Of a DNA stretch of 64,000 bases, positions 62,055 through 64,000 are shown piece by piece. The stretch is taken from NCBI GenBank assembly GCA_963780185.1, contig CAWABA010000006.1, positions 672,001 to 736,000 on the forward strand. Direction: 5' to 3'. Every line of letters begins with the position of its first letter. Positions within the stretch are counted from its first letter, which is position 1. The notes below the pieces were generated by a model. It was not told the DNA's origin, did not search any database, and was given only the letters and a program-made list of their open reading frames with translations. The translations under genes and the position numbers were made by a program. This DNA comes from Candidatus Bathyarchaeota archaeon (GTDB lineage: Archaea > Thermoproteota > Bathyarchaeia > Bathyarchaeales > Bathycorpusculaceae).

Positions 62055-63188
62055 ATGTATAGAACGGGCGTTGCAAACCTTCCGCTTCATGGAGGAAAAG
62101 CTCCAAGTTGGCTTACAGTGCGAATGCGCAAACTAGCCAAAGAAATAGCCAACATAATGATTGACGAGTACGGCACTGCAACTTTTATCGAGCGCCTCTC
62201 TGACCCTTACTGGTTTCAAGCGTTCGGCTGCGTCTTAGCCTACGATTGGCACAGCAGCGGAGTAACCACAGTCGTCACAGGCATCCTCAAAACGGCGCTT
62301 ACGCCCGAAGAGCATGGCATCGCGGTGTGCGGCGGCAAAGGTAAAACATCAAGAAAAACCCCGAGCGACATCGCTGTGGCGGGCGAAAAGTTTGGTTTTT
62401 CCGAAGAAACCATCAAAGCGTTAACTTACAGCAGCAAAATGGCGGCGAAAGTTGACAACACCGCTATTCAAGCAGGGTACCAATTGTACCACCACGCCTT
62501 CCTAGTCACTCGGGACGAGAAATGGGCGGTAATCCAGCAAGGGATGAGCGAGCAGGACCGCTCGGCAAGACGGTACCATTGGCTCTCTGAGAACGTAACT
62601 GACTTTGTGGTTGAACCAGAAAACGCCATAGTCGGCGACGTCAAACGGAAGGCCGCATTGAACATGGTGGCGAAAAACAGCGAGGCATCCAGAAAAGCAT
62701 CTGTCGATTTGGCAAAAGAACCCACCCGCAAACTCATGAATCTCATTCAATCCGCTGCGAAACCCCTCAACCAAGCCTCCCTACAAGATTGGATGCCCAA
62801 AAACGGTGACCCATGGCAGCAAACCATCACCAGCCTCAACATGCCCCGCAACATAAACTGGGACACAATGAGCCGCGTCTACGAGTTCCAACCCAAAAAC
62901 TACGAAGAACTTCTAAGCGTCAAAGGCGTCGGACCAGCCACAATCAGAGGCTTAGCTCTTGTAGCCGAGCTAGTTTACGGGGAAAAGCCCAGTTGGGAAG
63001 ACCCAGTAAAATTCAGCTACGCATTCGGCGGCAAAGACGGCGTCCCCTTCCCAGTTGACCGCAAAGCAATGGACGAATCAATCCAAATCCTTAAGCAGTC
63101 CGTGGAGGAAGCAAAAATCGGTGAGAAAGAAAAACTCCAGTCGCTGCAAAGGCTAAGGCGGTTAGTTCCCGAAGGCGCGGATTCTTAA
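62055..63188 (+). CDS. DUF763 family protein
   Basis: LPLHGGKAP, WHSSGVTT, KVDNTAIQ, QQGM, FGGKDGVPFPV. Confidence 0.92.
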   Translation: MYRTGVANLPLHGGKAPSWLTVRMRKLAKEIANIMIDEYGTATFIERLSDPYWFQAFGCVLAYDWHSSGVTTVVTGILKTALTPEEHGIAVCGGKGKTSRKTPSDIAVAGEKFGFSEETIKALTYSSKMAAKVDNTAIQAGYQLYHHAFLVTRDEKWAVIQQGMSEQDRSARRYHWLSENVTDFVVEPENAIVGDVKRKAALNMVAKNSEASRKASVDLAKEPTRKLMNLIQSAAKPLNQASLQDWMPKNGDPWQQTITSLNMPRNINWDTMSRVYEFQPKNYEELLSVKGVGPATIRGLALVAELVYGEKPSWEDPVKFSYAFGGKDGVPFPVDRKAMDESIQILKQSVEEAKIGEKEKLQSLQRLRRLVPEGADS

Positions 63189-63258
63189 AAATGTCGGGTG
63201 CCAAGACAAATAAACTTTTATTGTTGCAGGTTTACTTATTTGCTTCGTGCTGGAAGGT

Positions 63259-63436
63259 GGGGTCGTAGTCCAGCCAGGCTAAGACGACGGGCTCCAGAAA
63301 GCAAACATATAACGGGTTTGCTGACTCCGCGAGGAGAATGACGAATTTCCGGAGCGGTCTTGAAGAAACCCGTAAAGAACGGCTTTTGGCTGTTCTTGGG
63401 TAAAGGTCGTCGGTTCAAATCCGGCCGACCCCACCA
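63259..63436 (+). tRNA. tRNA-Trp(CCA) with two introns (37/38: 63298-63367; 43/44: 63374-63403), CCA encoded
   Basis: Acceptor GGGGTCG/CGACCCC; anticodon stem ACGGG/CCCGT; T arm GTCGG-TTCAAAT-CCGGC; removing both inserts gives a normal cloverleaf. Confidence 0.9.
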
Positions 63437-63523
63437 CACCTAATTTTCATTGTTTTTCAGTGATGATTTGTCTGTTGCCCATCTCTAACTTGATTAATCT
63501 TATATTTGCTTAGCACAATAAGA

Positions 63524-64000
63524 ATGAAAGAGCGTAGAAAAATGATGTCATCTGATGCTAAAGGTCACCTGTTTGAAGATAAGGTTGCAAGGCTCTATGG
63601 ATTGATGGGCTATGAAGTCAAGCAAAATATCAGTTTGCTTGGGCATCGAGATCGACATCATACTTGATTACGAACTCCCGGGCGGCGTTCAAACCAAAAT
63701 TGCAGTAGAATGCCAAATTCTCTAAGAAAGGTAATCTGCGCAAGAATGATGCAATGGAAAGCATTAGAGCACTCTCTGATTTGCTCAAAAATGGGGTCGC
63801 GCAGTCCTTAATTATTGTTACAACAAACGGCTTCGCTAAAAATATTTGGGAGACAGCGAATGCGAATAAGATTAAGTTATTGACTTTTTCCGAGTTGCAG
63901 CACAGTATTCTTAAACTTTATAAGTACCTAGACCGGTTAATCGAGAATTTTGACTCGGACGAATTGAGTAGATACTACGTTAATTCACTTGCAAACGACC
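63524..64000 (+). CDS. Mrr-like restriction-endonuclease-domain protein, N-terminal part (two frameshifts; runs off the window)
   Basis: Reconstructed KGHLFEDKVARLY..GY..EIDI..IAVECK..IIVTTNGF..A. Confidence 0.75.

Noticed and set aside
63236-63439. 67-aa minus-strand ORF
   Set aside because: It is the antisense of the intron-containing tRNA-Trp gene.
1-64000. Amber (pyrrolysine) or other stop recoding, suggested by the odd release factor
   Set aside because: TAG ends many conserved genes at their expected length (glmU, tgtA, porA, rpl13e, rnp2); the gene breaks are frameshifts, not in-frame stops.

Overview
Archaeal chromosomal DNA of TACK type, most consistent with Bathyarchaeia (inferred from eL13, SmAP3, a structural-type tRNA-splicing endonuclease subunit, archaeosine TGT and gene style). 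Housekeeping blocks include glmM-glmU, tgtA, a beta-CASP RNase, rpl15e-rpl13e-RNase P genes and porGDAB. They alternate with AT-richer accessory DNA: a HelD-like helicase at 10-13 kb, a 22-30 kb patch, and an Mrr-type nuclease after tRNA-Trp. There is an arsenic cluster (AbrB/HgcC-like gene, arsM, acr3, two arsC) and an ion-transport block (P-type ATPase, kdpABC, APC permease, PiT). Many genes carry single frameshifts, probably sequencing indels. Main leads: (1) a candidate KdpDE-independent regulon, with an identical 9-bp box at a fixed distance from the TATA box of three promoters, each followed by an unannotated 31-36 aa ORF, plus three stand-alone RAM-domain genes around kdp; (2) an aRF1 homologue lacking the GGQ, NIKS and YxCxxxF motifs; (3) a tRNA-Trp with two introns whose splice folds are mutually exclusive, with a partial C/D guide in intron 1; (4) an ArsR-less ars locus; (5) a membrane-anchored HEPN-like protein; (6) a candidate eL15 leader RNA. 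All assignments were made by eye, with no database searches.
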